Shown: positions 1 through 10,416 of the stretch, in pieces
How positions within the stretch are numbered: position 1 is the stretch's first letter
Layout of the letters: every line of letters begins with the position of its first letter
From: an uncultured virus (IMG/VR IMGVR_UViG_3300020037_001229)
Taxonomy: Duplodnaviria > Heunggongvirae > Uroviricota > Caudoviricetes
DNA length: 64,000 nucleotides
Strand: one strand, 5' to 3'
IMG/VR virus record: IMGVR_UViG_3300020037_001229
Position numbers and translations under genes: made by a program
The notes under the pieces: generated by a model
The model's input: only the letters and a program-made list of their open reading frames with translations
Database searches by the model: none
What the model was told of the DNA's origin: nothing

Positions 1-267
1 ACCCAACAACTTTTTAACACAGAGGACGCTGTATCAATTCCTCCGTCAGTTATTACACCACTACAAGCCAGAAAAGCATTGAGAGCTTCTGATCTGTACA
101 CGCAAGTTACAAAATACATACAGACACTCACAGAAGAAGAACAAGAAGAGTGGGAGTACGCTGTACAAATAGAAAGAACTAATCCAATTTTGGTTAATGG
201 GGCGACTGCCTTGGGGCTAACTGAAGAGCAACTAGATTCTCTTTTCATTCTAGGGGCGTCTCTATGA
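1..267 (+). CDS. Tail-associated protein, 3' part (probably begins before the window)
   Basis: ORF ends ...LGLTEEQLDSLFILGASL, a C-terminus typical of small tail-fibre-associated phage proteins; overlaps next start. Confidence 0.5.
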   Translation, partial: TQQLFNTEDAVSIPPSVITPLQARKALRASDLYTQVTKYIQTLTEEEQEEWEYAVQIERTNPILVNGATALGLTEEQLDSLFILGASL

Positions 268-923
268 TACCGGGTTTAACTCCAGTTGTTATTCCAAAAT
301 CTCTTCCGACAGTTACATTCATTGGGTCTAGTTTAGACAGTGTCGACAGAACGACTTATACTTTTAATGTTGACGTGGGAACTATTACAGAAACAACTCT
401 TTTAGTAATGGGTTGTATGGGTGAAGATAGTCTTGAGTCCCACAATTTTACCGCAGCTTCTATCGGAGGGACATCTGCTACATTGGTAGTCTCGACTGGC
501 AGTAGTTTGCTTCCGTCTGCGGTTTATTACAGAGAAGTTAATTCCGGCGGGACTCTGGCGTTTTCTTTTACTGTTTCTTCTACTTCGTGGCAATTAAGAC
601 GAGGAGCTGTAAACATTTGGAAAATCGAGAATTATCAGTCTGCCTCACCTTACTCGTCTGATTCTCAAACGGGAACTGCCTCTAGTTTGACTGGAACCGT
701 TGACATCCCTGATGGGGGTATTGTTATATCGACTGCTATCGCAAATGGTACAGGCACTGTTTCATGGACCGGTCTAACTGAAGATCACGACGATTCTCTG
801 GATAGCGCTGTTAGAGTGTCTGGCGGTTCTGGAAGGTATACTTCTGGTGTTACCGGACAAGATATCGTTTTAAGTTTAGGTTCTTCTCGATCCGCTAGGC
901 TTCATTGCATTGTTTGGAGATGA
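264..923 (+). CDS. Ser/Thr/Gly-rich virion/tail-associated protein
   Basis: 219 aa, beta-rich composition, located in tail module. Confidence 0.5.
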   Translation: MIPGLTPVVIPKSLPTVTFIGSSLDSVDRTTYTFNVDVGTITETTLLVMGCMGEDSLESHNFTAASIGGTSATLVVSTGSSLLPSAVYYREVNSGGTLAFSFTVSSTSWQLRRGAVNIWKIENYQSASPYSSDSQTGTASSLTGTVDIPDGGIVISTAIANGTGTVSWTGLTEDHDDSLDSAVRVSGGSGRYTSGVTGQDIVLSLGSSRSARLHCIVWR

Positions 924-939
924 TTCATAGGAGTTACAA

Positions 940-1026
940 ATGGTTGGATACGTTAGACAATCTGTAGCAGAAATTCAAGACGGTGAAGAGGTTGTCGCAA
1001 CTGTTCCTCAGATTAATCTTGCGTGA
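940..1026 (+). pseudogene. Truncated paralogue of the tail fibre N-terminus
   Basis: AGGAG then ATG; MVGYVRQSVAEIQDGEEVVA resembles MAGYVRQSIADIQAGEDILA at 63482; stops after 28 codons. Confidence 0.65.
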
Positions 1027-1115
1027 AAAGAAGAAATGAGGCGGGACATCTGTTGAGAATCCTACCTGTTTTGTCATCGGGTGACAAAGTGTCAAATGGA
1101 GAAAAAGGTAAAACA

Positions 1116-1811
1116 ATGAATAAAACTAAATTCTATGACTCTATTAGACCTCACGTAAATCTAACTACTCAGAACGTGTTAGGCATGGACAAGGTTCTCG
1201 ATTTCGTAGAGCAAAAAGAAGACAATCTTCAGCATTCGGCCTACATTATAGCCACTGCTTGGTGGGAAACCGCACAAACTATGATGCCTGTGAGAGAGGC
1301 TTACTGGAAAGACGAAGCTTGGCGAAAGAAAAACTTCAGATATTACCCTTACTATGGGCGTGGTTACATCCAATTAACTTGGGACTATAACTACAAGAAA
1401 GCCTCTGACTACTTTAACGTCGATTTCGTTAAGAACCCTGATCTTGTAATGCAAACAGAGTATGCTCTACCTATTCTTGTTGTTGGAATGAACGAGGGGT
1501 GGTTCACTGGTAAAAAACTCGATAATTACATTGATGACACCGACGAGAATGACACAGAAGAGTTCAAGGAGTACAAGAACGCTCGTCGTATTGTTAATGG
1601 AACGGATAAGGCTGAAACCATTGCAAAGTTGGCCGTTATCTTTGAGAAAGGCCTTAGAGAGGCTGGGTATGGCTTAAAACCCACAGAAAAGCCCGTACAG
1701 GCCCCTCCAGTTGTTTCTGGTACACCTACACTACCAAAGCCCCAAGAGCCCTCAGTGAGCTTTCTAGACGCCATTCTGAGCCTTTTAAAAATTCTCTTTA
1801 GGAGTAAGTAA
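1116..1811 (+). CDS. Endolysin, glycoside hydrolase family 19-like
   Basis: YIIATAWWET and YYGRGYIQLTWDYNY motifs, ARRIVNG; ATG at 1116 preferred over GTG 1023. Confidence 0.85.
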   Translation: MNKTKFYDSIRPHVNLTTQNVLGMDKVLDFVEQKEDNLQHSAYIIATAWWETAQTMMPVREAYWKDEAWRKKNFRYYPYYGRGYIQLTWDYNYKKASDYFNVDFVKNPDLVMQTEYALPILVVGMNEGWFTGKKLDNYIDDTDENDTEEFKEYKNARRIVNGTDKAETIAKLAVIFEKGLREAGYGLKPTEKPVQAPPVVSGTPTLPKPQEPSVSFLDAILSLLKILFRSK

Positions 1812-1812
1812 A

Positions 1813-1992
1813 ATGCAAGAAGCTATTACAGTCTTAGTAAGACAACTTCTTTTGTCTCTTGGCACTTACCTGTGGACTTCAGGTGGAATCGAGCAAGTTC
1901 AGATTGATCCACTTGTAGGCGCAGGTATGGCGTTGTTCTCTATTCTCTGGATGTCTTGGGATCGCTTTATTAAACCTAAGTGGTTTAAGTAA
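1813..1992 (+). CDS. Small two-TM membrane protein, putative holin (59 aa, not in ORF track)
   Basis: MQEAITVLVRQLLLSLGTYLW...LVGAGMALFSILWMSWDRFIKPKWFK; directly after endolysin. Confidence 0.65.
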   Translation: MQEAITVLVRQLLLSLGTYLWTSGGIEQVQIDPLVGAGMALFSILWMSWDRFIKPKWFK

Positions 1993-2357
1993 TGTGGAGT
2001 ATCCTCTCAAGTATCTTCTTAACAAGTTTTCAACAGATAACCAGAGACTTAAAAGATGCCTACACAACTAAACAAAATGCGAAGACAGAACAAGAGCGTA
2101 TTGCCGCCGAAGAAAGAATCGCTCTACTCGAAGCTAGAAAAACAAGTATACTTGCTGCCCAGAGTGATCCCGTTGAGCGATGGGTTAGGATTCTTTGGGC
2201 TTTGCCTTTTATCGCGTATAATATGAAACTTGTTCTCTGGGACAAAGTTTTTAGTCTCGGTGCAACAGACAGTCTATCTCCAGAACTCTATCAAATTCAA
2301 ATGATTGTGCTTGGAGGTTATTTCTTCTTAGATGGTATTAATAGGTTTAAACGATGA
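1992..2357 (+). CDS. Putative holin-like membrane protein
   Basis: Hydrophobic segments and IVLGGYF C-terminus; lysis module. Confidence 0.6.
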   Translation: MWSILSSIFLTSFQQITRDLKDAYTTKQNAKTEQERIAAEERIALLEARKTSILAAQSDPVERWVRILWALPFIAYNMKLVLWDKVFSLGATDSLSPELYQIQMIVLGGYFFLDGINRFKR

Positions 2358-2542
2358 CAAAAGATGAAAATTTCGATAAGAGAGAAATAGAGATCTTGAA
2401 AAAGGTGGCAACAGAACGTATTACCTATGATACCCTAACACAAAAACTAAAGACAAATTGGATTTGGATAGTTGGCACTGGTATTCTAGCTATTTGGGGA
2501 CTATGGGATAAAGTTCATACACTCTTTATAGGGGTGAAATAA
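2354..2542 (+). CDS. Small single-TM protein
   Basis: 62 aa with WIWIVGTGILAIWGLW segment; ATGA overlap. Confidence 0.6.
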   Translation: MTKDENFDKREIEILKKVATERITYDTLTQKLKTNWIWIVGTGILAIWGLWDKVHTLFIGVK

Positions 2543-2543
2543 T

Positions 2544-4187
2544 ATGGCAGACACAATTCCTACTTTTTATGACCCTTTCGGAAACATTATTGATAGACCG
2601 TGGACTCAGGGAACCTGGAGGCAACAGGGACTGGATTCTGCTTGGTTGAATTGGACTCCTGGTCAACCTAGTCCAGTTACGACGACCCCAGAAACTACCA
2701 CTACAACAACTCCACCTTTAACCCCAGATCAGTCTACTCAAGTTGTTCCTGGCGCGGTAGACAAAGACGTTCCCGGTCAGATTAACGTCGTAGACTACGG
2801 TGGTCAAGTAGCGACTAATCCTAGTTCCGCAATGACTACGGACAATCCGGCTACGACAGATGTAAACGAAAGTATGCATCTTTCAACTAGAGTTCCAGAC
2901 ATCAATGAGAATGCTGCTGGTACGAACATCGACGCTACTGACCCTAAATACAATATGGACCCGAGTGGCACTAATGCTCAAACGGCACAAGTCACAACTA
3001 CGGCACAAGCTGCTGCACCTGATGCTAACGTAGCTAATACTTATCAGGCTACTGAGATTAGTGATAGTGTTGCTAACCAAGATATGACTGCGGCTCAAGG
3101 CCAAGTTAGCCAGAATGCACAGGTTAACACACAGAACGTAGAAACTGACATTCAAGTCTTCGACCAAGGTATTGCTGGTGAAGCTCTAAAAGACTTTGCT
3201 TCGTTATCCCCTGATCAAGTTGATCCTAAGGCAACAGTTCAAGGACAACTGGAAGCATTACAAAGTCAGTTCGTAGACGCTAATGGCAATCCTAAGATTC
3301 CTTCTTGGGCTCAGGCCACTGCAAGAAACGTACAGAGAATTGCTTCTTTCTCTGGTATGACAGGTACTGCGGCGACTGCTGCGTTATCACAGGCGCTCTT
3401 AGAGGCCTCTCTTCCTATTGCGAAAGAAGACGCTCAGTTTTTCCAGACTTTAACTCTTCAGAATCTTAGTAATGAACAAGAAGCAACTATTAACAGAGCA
3501 AATGTTCTTTCTCGCTTAGAGTTACAGAACATGGACGCTCGCATGTCCGCTGCTACTCAGAACGCCCAAGCTTTTTTACAAATGGATTTAGCAAACTTGA
3601 GTAATGAACAACAGGCTTCTGTCCTCAATACTCAAAACAGAGTTCAAGCTATCTTCGAGGATAGTAAACAGGTAAACGCTCAAAGACTCTTTACTGCTCA
3701 GTCTCAGAATGACATGGACAAGTTTTACGATGAGCTTTCTGCTCAGGTAAGTCAGTTCAATACCTCTCAGATGAACGGTATGCAACAGTTTAATGTGTCT
3801 GAAGCCAATGGTATGTCAAAGTTCAATGCCGACCTTGAGAACCAAAGAGAACAATTCTATAAGAGCATGCAGTACAACATCGATGTCTCTAATGCTAAAT
3901 GGAGACAGACAGTTACTACCGCAGAAGCCCAGATGGACTTCGAAGCCGCAGCCACAGACGTTAAGAACATGGTTGGTATTTCTAATGAACAACTAAACCA
4001 GTTGTGGGACCGTTCGGACTCAATGTTGCAGTACCTGTGGACCTCCACCGAAAACGAAGCCACAAGAAAGCACGAACTGACCCTTGCTGCTATCAAAGGC
4101 GACCAAGCGGATGCTGCTGGTACAGGTTCTCTGGTAGGCTCTATCGTCGGTGCGGGTGCTTCGGCATTCTTTGACTGGTTATTTTAA
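2544..4187 (+). CDS. Putative internal virion (ejection) protein
   Basis: 547 aa Gln/Asn/Ala-rich, hydrophobic Gly-rich C-terminus; podovirus-like position. Confidence 0.55.
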   Translation: MADTIPTFYDPFGNIIDRPWTQGTWRQQGLDSAWLNWTPGQPSPVTTTPETTTTTTPPLTPDQSTQVVPGAVDKDVPGQINVVDYGGQVATNPSSAMTTDNPATTDVNESMHLSTRVPDINENAAGTNIDATDPKYNMDPSGTNAQTAQVTTTAQAAAPDANVANTYQATEISDSVANQDMTAAQGQVSQNAQVNTQNVETDIQVFDQGIAGEALKDFASLSPDQVDPKATVQGQLEALQSQFVDANGNPKIPSWAQATARNVQRIASFSGMTGTAATAALSQALLEASLPIAKEDAQFFQTLTLQNLSNEQEATINRANVLSRLELQNMDARMSAATQNAQAFLQMDLANLSNEQQASVLNTQNRVQAIFEDSKQVNAQRLFTAQSQNDMDKFYDELSAQVSQFNTSQMNGMQQFNVSEANGMSKFNADLENQREQFYKSMQYNIDVSNAKWRQTVTTAEAQMDFEAAATDVKNMVGISNEQLNQLWDRSDSMLQYLWTSTENEATRKHELTLAAIKGDQADAAGTGSLVGSIVGAGASAFFDWLF

Positions 4188-4196
4188 AGGTGAATC

Positions 4197-4367
4197 ATGG
4201 CTGTAACAATGACAGACGCAATTATTAAATCGATGAAAGCCTACTGGAAAGATAAACAGCCAGTAGAGCTATCAAAGGTTAAACCATTGAAATACAATAA
4301 GAAATACTTCGACGGAGCCGAAAAGGACCTTCTTGGTGGAAAGGGTAAAAATGGCAAGACTTCCTAA
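4197..4367 (+). CDS. Small hypothetical protein (56 aa, not in ORF track)
   Basis: AAGGTG SD; MAVTMTDAIIKSMKAYWKDK...; fills the gap between flanking genes. Confidence 0.55.
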   Translation: MAVTMTDAIIKSMKAYWKDKQPVELSKVKPLKYNKKYFDGAEKDLLGGKGKNGKTS

Positions 4368-4845
4368 TGGACCTATCCCCGGAGAAAACTTCACAAGAGA
4401 CACCAAGAATTTCCCTTGGCATCGTCCCCCTGAGTTTTCTGATCTTGATAAAGCCGTAGAGTCAGCCATGGAAAAGCTCACGGATGAAGACAGTTCAGTT
4501 GGTGTTCTCACTATGCTTGAGCTTGGTGTACCAGTGTCTGCAATTACTGAGATGTTCATTATGTCTGGTATTAGTATGGGCAAGTGGACTGTTGACACAG
4601 GCATCCTTTTGGCAGGGCCAGTATCTCACATTGTGTGTCTAATGGCTAAGGGCTATGATATCGAATACGATTTAGGTATTGACAAAGAAAAGCCTGTACC
4701 TACTAAGGCCTTTTTCTCTGAGATCAAGAAGATTGATAAGCAAAAAGCTAAACAGGTTGTTGAGAATGTCCAAGAACAACTCCCAGAGATTCAAAGTCAA
4801 GCATCTGGTTTTATGGGCATGAACAAAACTAATGAGGTAATGTAA
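4351..4845 (+). CDS. Conserved phage virion-associated protein
   Basis: PIPGENFT...FPWHRPPEF motif; structural module. Confidence 0.55.
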   Translation: MARLPNGPIPGENFTRDTKNFPWHRPPEFSDLDKAVESAMEKLTDEDSSVGVLTMLELGVPVSAITEMFIMSGISMGKWTVDTGILLAGPVSHIVCLMAKGYDIEYDLGIDKEKPVPTKAFFSEIKKIDKQKAKQVVENVQEQLPEIQSQASGFMGMNKTNEVM

Positions 4846-6581
4846 TGGGTTTTATGGCTGGTTTTGGCCCCGCTTTCTCCGATGCATTCAATGCAGGTAA
4901 CGACAGAAGGGCCAAAAGGAAAGATGATCTCTTTAAGTTAACTTATTCAGAGTTTCTTGATCGCAGAGAAAAGTACGAAAAGAAAAAGGAATCTGATAGT
5001 AAGTTAATCGGTTCTGCTAAGACACTGGCGAGAGACCTTGCCGGTAACGAGGAGTATTGGCCTAAAGTCTATGATTGGCTTCAGTCTGGTATGTCCGAGA
5101 ATACTATTCTTGAACTCATCCAGAACGGTGAATTTGAGACTGCCCTGACGGCGACCCCTGAAGTTCAAGACATCGGTCCTCCCGAAGAAGTTCAGATGGC
5201 TGACAGTGGTTTGGCTAACCCGACCGCAGAAATGCCTGCTGCTCAGAGCGACGTAGCCCAAATGGCTATGCCAGAGCAAGACTCCGGTATGATGGGCAAA
5301 CTATTCCCAGGTATGGCGCAAGCCAAGAGGGACCGAGATATCAATAGGTCTCTTGATCAAGTTTCTCAGGTTTCTGGGATGAAAAGAGAAGAGATCGACC
5401 AGATTATGAAGGGTACTGGTAATACAGCTAAGACTGACAGTTCTGGTATTGTCTACAAGAGAAAGCCTACACCCGTAGAACCCGACAAGATTAATACTCC
5501 TGAAGAGTCTTGGATCGAACAGACCCATGCCCAAAGAGAGTATGATCTGAACCCGACGGCTACTAATGAGGTTCGTTTGCAGAAAGCTAATGACAGGGTT
5601 AGGGCTCTTAAAGATTTGGAGACTATCAAACAAGAAGCTCGTGCCAGAGCCGATGCTGCTAAAGAGGGCCGTGCGTATGGCTTCTTTAGTGCTAAGAAAC
5701 TTGATGAAAATGGAAAGTTTATGAATGCTGTTCTTGTGGAACAAGCAGAAAATGGTTTTTACAAGACAGAGTCTGGTGAACTGATCCCTCAAAACCAAGT
5801 TCAACGTTGGAAAGATGGAGAATTCGACGACTACAAGAAGGTAGCTAGTGCTACTGCTAAACTTGGTGGTGATCATGTAACAAAACGTAGTTCTAACGTT
5901 AAAGAGCTTATTTATCTCTCCAAAGATATGGCAACAATCGTTAATCAAACTAGCGGTGCAGTGCTTGCTCAGAGAACTTCTGGTTTAGCATCTTTAGCCG
6001 TTGATTGGGCACAAGAGTTAAAAGAGCTTTCGAGAGTTCTCACTGACGACAATATCGCTAATGATAAGAATGCTGCTCAAAAGTTAAACGAATTGGATGA
6101 TACTGTTTCTAATTTGTTAAAGAAAAATATTACTGATCTGGCGACTCAAAGAGGGCTTCTTGAAGCTAAGGCTAAAATCTTTGCTTATAAGCTAGGTATG
6201 GCTATGGGTCAAGAGGGTAGATCGCTTGTTGAAGTTGAACGTAAAGTCTTTGAAGACCTCGGTTTAGGTCAAACGGGAGGCACTTCTACTCCACAAAAAT
6301 TCAATCAAAACTTGGCCAATATTGTCTCTGACCAAGTTAGAAGTCTCGATAGTGCAGCTATTGATTTGAATAATTATAATATTGAAATGGAAGCTTTCCA
6401 GAATCTTTATCATTGGAAAGAACCTCCTTTTGAAACAGTACCTAGTTTCGGTAAGATGTTAGCGAGAGAGCCTGAATTACAAGATGCTTATAATTACTTC
6501 AAACCATTTATGAATCTTGATATAAATCAGGAGTCACAAGAGACAGTAATTAACGGATACAAAATTAGGAAAAGAAACTAA
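4845..6581 (+). CDS. Putative internal virion protein
   Basis: 578 aa helical protein with MGFMAGFG N-terminus. Confidence 0.5.
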   Translation: MGFMAGFGPAFSDAFNAGNDRRAKRKDDLFKLTYSEFLDRREKYEKKKESDSKLIGSAKTLARDLAGNEEYWPKVYDWLQSGMSENTILELIQNGEFETALTATPEVQDIGPPEEVQMADSGLANPTAEMPAAQSDVAQMAMPEQDSGMMGKLFPGMAQAKRDRDINRSLDQVSQVSGMKREEIDQIMKGTGNTAKTDSSGIVYKRKPTPVEPDKINTPEESWIEQTHAQREYDLNPTATNEVRLQKANDRVRALKDLETIKQEARARADAAKEGRAYGFFSAKKLDENGKFMNAVLVEQAENGFYKTESGELIPQNQVQRWKDGEFDDYKKVASATAKLGGDHVTKRSSNVKELIYLSKDMATIVNQTSGAVLAQRTSGLASLAVDWAQELKELSRVLTDDNIANDKNAAQKLNELDDTVSNLLKKNITDLATQRGLLEAKAKIFAYKLGMAMGQEGRSLVEVERKVFEDLGLGQTGGTSTPQKFNQNLANIVSDQVRSLDSAAIDLNNYNIEMEAFQNLYHWKEPPFETVPSFGKMLAREPELQDAYNYFKPFMNLDINQESQETVINGYKIRKRN

Positions 6582-9514
6582 TGCCAGTTTTTGAAATTGA
6601 AACACCTGATGGTTCTGTTTATGATGTAGAGGGCGAAAACGAACAGGGAGCATACGATGCTTTACAACAAATGCTCGGGGGAGCGTCTTCTTCGGGCAGA
6701 AATACTGTTGAAGATTTTAAATCTGGAAAGTTATTTGAAAGTGATAACCAAGGGGTTTCTAATCCTCCTCAAGAGGCCCCTCAATCTCCAACATGGAACT
6801 TTGAACAGTCTGGGTTAGAACCGGGAATGCCGGGCTCCTTTGCTGATGCTGCTGGTGGCCTATACAACGCACCGATAAATATTGCAGAAACTGTTTTAGC
6901 CCTAAGAGATAAATTCTCTGGGACTAACTCAGCAGAATCCTTCAGAGAGTCTGTGCCTAAGTATGAATCCCCTAGGAAAGGAACTCTTTCTGGGGACCTC
7001 TTTACTGGGACAGGAGAGCTTGCCGGAGGCTTTCTGGGTGGTCTTGGTGTCGCTAACAAAGTGTATAAAGGCGCTGGGGCTATGGGCAAGGTGCTTAAGA
7101 CCCTGTTTGCCGAAGCGGGTGGTGCAAGCTCCGTTGATGCCGAGACTGATACTATTCTCATTGGAGAAAATGGTCTCTTCCCGATCTACGAGGATTTAGG
7201 TAAAGATGGTAATGGTACCTTTAGTGAAGACCTCTTAAGTAAAAGAATGACCATCTTGGCTGATGCAATGGTATTGGCCACAGGTGGCGAAGCGGCCGCT
7301 CGTACTCTTGCCGGTGGCTTTAAGTTAGCTAATGACTTCATCGTACAACCGATCAGAAACTTAGGTAATCTACAGGGGATGAAGAAAACTCTTGTAGAAG
7401 ATATTCTCACAGAGATTGTACCAGTCACAGAAAAGACTTCTCCTGAAGAAATCAAACAAATCACCAATAGAATTCTGGATAAGATAAAAGCTAATTCGGA
7501 TGTTCTCTTTAAGACAGACGAGCTTGGTGACGTAGGTTTCACTAGAGACACAATGTCTGCTTACGAACAGGGCTTAGACCCTCTGACTGAAGGTGCTGAT
7601 ATTGCCAGAGCAAGGGGCCTTCGTGCTGGTGTTGAAAGCAAGAATTCTTCTCACTTAAAGGACGTACTAGACGCTCCTTCCAAAGAGACTGATAGACTTC
7701 TATCGGGTGCAGAAGAACTGGCTGGTGGTCAAGATGCAGCAACAGGGGCGAGAACTAAAGTCCAGACTTCTGTTGTGGATGATATAACGAAGATGGATAC
7801 TGGTGTCGCAGACCTAAACAGAAAGATTGTTGAGTCTAAGGAAGACATCGTTAAGTTAATTCAAGATGATCCTACCTTTGGTGAAACTCTAAGTAAGCTT
7901 GGAGATGAAGCCAACATCGATTTCTCTACTGCACAGAACATGAGGATCGATGAGGTCGTAGATAGAATTAACGAAGCGTCTGACGTTATGACTAAGACGA
8001 AGAATGATCTCTTCGCGGCTATTCCGGACGTTCCTCTCGACCCTGAAATCTTAAAGAAAATGGAGGGAATGCTAGACTATCTCCCCCCAGAGTTAAGTAA
8101 AAAAGTAAAGAACATGGGTGATAGCTTTAAGCAAGCCCAAGAGTTTGCCGACTTTGATCTCTCAGACGAAATCTCAAAGCTGAGAAAGTCTGGTGATTAC
8201 AAGAAAGCTTCGATGCTCTCTGAGTTTAAGAGAATCATCACAGATGATCAACTTGATGCATTAGCGAAGAGTGGTAACCCAGAAGTCAAGAAAGCCGCCA
8301 CAGAGGCAATGGACTACTACAAGAATGTTTATGCGCCCTTCTGGAGAGATGGACCACTGGAAGATATCCAGAGGATTGGTAGAGACAACAAGTTTAAGCC
8401 CGATACCAAATATGTTGAGTCTGGTGGTGTTGTCAAAAGCACAATTAGTGATCCTTCTAGAGAGCGCTACACAGCAAAGCTGATTAAACTTTTGGATACC
8501 CCAGAAGGTAAAAAGTCTTCTGTCCAACTACTTGATTATACCCTTGGTGAATTTGCTTCGGACGTGCAGAGGTCTCTTAATGCCAACAAGGGGAGACTTG
8601 ACCCTACTGAAATCAAGCAGATCAGTTTACGTTTAGAGAAGTTTGTTCCGGTCTTCAAGAACATCGGAGACAAAAAGGGTGTTGAGAAAATCAATTCTTT
8701 CATTACCAGAATAAACTCAATGGATAGAAACACCGATGATCTTCTTGCAGAGCTTGACATCTTGAAGAAAACAAGAGATCAAGAAGTAAAGCACTTAAAG
8801 GGTAAATACTCTGAGTTCTTTGAGGATATCGGTGGTGAGACAGTTGCAAGAACTGACACTACTGGTGTATTCAAGGATATCTTTGATAACCCTGAAGTCC
8901 TTCGTGATCTCCCTGACGTTATTGCTAGGGCAGGGGATAAGGGTGAAGGGCTAAAAGCCTCTTACACCAAGTACTTAAAAGACAAACTCTTTAGAGCAAA
9001 GGAGTCTGGTTCTGGTGGTAAACTGTTAAACCCTGTTGGAGACGAAGACTTAACTCGCTTAATGAAAGCGGGGGATATCCTCTACAAAGATCAACCTGAT
9101 GTTATGAATGCTGTTAGAGGCATTGTCAGAGAAACGGTGGCTCTGGACAGAGGTAGAAGTGCTGGTAAAGTTCCTATCTTTGATGCTTCTGAGTTCAGAA
9201 AGTCTGCCTCTGGTGGTGTCGACTTTATCATCACCCAGGTGTTTGGTGCGCTGAACCGGATGGGCGCAAGAGTTCGATCTGGCGCAGGGAGAGTTCTCAA
9301 TAAGCTCGATCCAAAAGATACTGCTGCCGTTATGCTCGATAAGCTTATGTCCGACCCACATGAATTCGTGAAAATAGCCAAAGAAGTACAAAAGTCTAAA
9401 GAGGCTAAATTATCTCCAGAAGTCAAAAAGAGACTCTACCAGTTTTTCTCCATTGCCATTCCTAACGCATTGGATAGTGAAGACCAACAGACAGAAGACC
9501 TCTTTCAGCAGTAG
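6581..9514 (+). CDS. Large putative internal virion protein
   Basis: 977 aa, last gene of the structural arm. Confidence 0.5.
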   Translation: MPVFEIETPDGSVYDVEGENEQGAYDALQQMLGGASSSGRNTVEDFKSGKLFESDNQGVSNPPQEAPQSPTWNFEQSGLEPGMPGSFADAAGGLYNAPINIAETVLALRDKFSGTNSAESFRESVPKYESPRKGTLSGDLFTGTGELAGGFLGGLGVANKVYKGAGAMGKVLKTLFAEAGGASSVDAETDTILIGENGLFPIYEDLGKDGNGTFSEDLLSKRMTILADAMVLATGGEAAARTLAGGFKLANDFIVQPIRNLGNLQGMKKTLVEDILTEIVPVTEKTSPEEIKQITNRILDKIKANSDVLFKTDELGDVGFTRDTMSAYEQGLDPLTEGADIARARGLRAGVESKNSSHLKDVLDAPSKETDRLLSGAEELAGGQDAATGARTKVQTSVVDDITKMDTGVADLNRKIVESKEDIVKLIQDDPTFGETLSKLGDEANIDFSTAQNMRIDEVVDRINEASDVMTKTKNDLFAAIPDVPLDPEILKKMEGMLDYLPPELSKKVKNMGDSFKQAQEFADFDLSDEISKLRKSGDYKKASMLSEFKRIITDDQLDALAKSGNPEVKKAATEAMDYYKNVYAPFWRDGPLEDIQRIGRDNKFKPDTKYVESGGVVKSTISDPSRERYTAKLIKLLDTPEGKKSSVQLLDYTLGEFASDVQRSLNANKGRLDPTEIKQISLRLEKFVPVFKNIGDKKGVEKINSFITRINSMDRNTDDLLAELDILKKTRDQEVKHLKGKYSEFFEDIGGETVARTDTTGVFKDIFDNPEVLRDLPDVIARAGDKGEGLKASYTKYLKDKLFRAKESGSGGKLLNPVGDEDLTRLMKAGDILYKDQPDVMNAVRGIVRETVALDRGRSAGKVPIFDASEFRKSASGGVDFIITQVFGALNRMGARVRSGAGRVLNKLDPKDTAAVMLDKLMSDPHEFVKIAKEVQKSKEAKLSPEVKKRLYQFFSIAIPNALDSEDQQTEDLFQQ

Positions 9515-9526
9515 ATAACTACAGAC

Positions 9527-9574
9527 AAAAAATAACCCCCGGTATCCTTAGGTGGACGCCGGGGGTTTTTCTTT
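9527..9574. terminator. Bidirectional rho-independent terminator
   Basis: AAAAAATAACCCCCGG...CCGGGGGTTTTT hairpin between the convergent arms. Confidence 0.85.
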
Positions 9575-9581
9575 ATGTTAT

Positions 9582-9953
9582 TTAACTATTTAGTTCGTGT
9601 TCGATAAAGTACATTAGGTGATCGTACTGTTCAACTCGTGGATCGTTATGGAAAACATTTTCTCTAGGGCCTATTAGGACCATTCGCTTTCCTTTGGCTA
9701 AACCGTAGCCGAATTCAACATGGCGACCACCACCTGGAGTTTTAGTGCCACGGGGATGAGTAAAAGAAAGAACGATATCACACTCGTCGACATCATCCAA
9801 ATCTAACTTCGAAATATCTTCTAGTGATAATCCATCTTCGCCACCATAAACCCACCTAGCATTGTTTTTATGTCCTGCTTTTTCTAGAAGTGGTGCTAAC
9901 GCTCCAAGTTCTTCTCTACGTGAAAATAAACTTGCCATGTAGACTTTAGCCAT
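9582..9953 (-). CDS. Nucleoside 2-deoxyribosyltransferase-like protein
   Basis: KVYMAS, DLDDVDECDIV and GGRHVEFGYG motifs. Confidence 0.65.
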   Translation of the reverse strand: MAKVYMASLFSRREELGALAPLLEKAGHKNNARWVYGGEDGLSLEDISKLDLDDVDECDIVLSFTHPRGTKTPGGGRHVEFGYGLAKGKRMVLIGPRENVFHNDPRVEQYDHLMYFIEHELNS

Positions 9954-10251
9954 TCTTTTCACTATCCAATTCAGTTTGTAAAAGAGCCAACGCTCTCCAA
10001 GCCACCTTAGCACTGTGTCTCATACCGTCACCATCAAGCTTACCTCTATCGATAAGGTGACGAATGATACAATCAGCATGATCCGTGGATTTCTCTTTAG
10101 CCCAATGCAAAGGTTGTCCTGGGTTATGTTGATCGTTACCTGTTTTAGAGACTAAGGCAACCTCTGCCAGAGCATCAGGGAAATAGTCTAGAACACCACG
10201 AGCAATAGGACGATTCTTCCTATCCTCATGGGACATATCCTCTAACTTCAA
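9946..10251 (-). CDS. dATP/dGTP diphosphohydrolase-like (DUF5664-type) protein
   Basis: FPDALAEVALVS..G..H....W and RHL...HSAKVAWRALA pattern. Confidence 0.6.
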   Translation of the reverse strand: MKLEDMSHEDRKNRPIARGVLDYFPDALAEVALVSKTGNDQHNPGQPLHWAKEKSTDHADCIIRHLIDRGKLDGDGMRHSAKVAWRALALLQTELDSEKNG

Positions 10252-10416
10252 ATGTCAAACTCCAGTTGACTATCGTTAACAATTACTGAAACACGCCATC
10301 TGCCATCAATAAGAATAATTTCACCCTTTACGTCGTTGTACCCATTATCAATCTGGGTGAGAATCACTTCTTCAAGAAACCACATAGCATCATCAAATTG
10401 AATAAAGCTCTGAATA

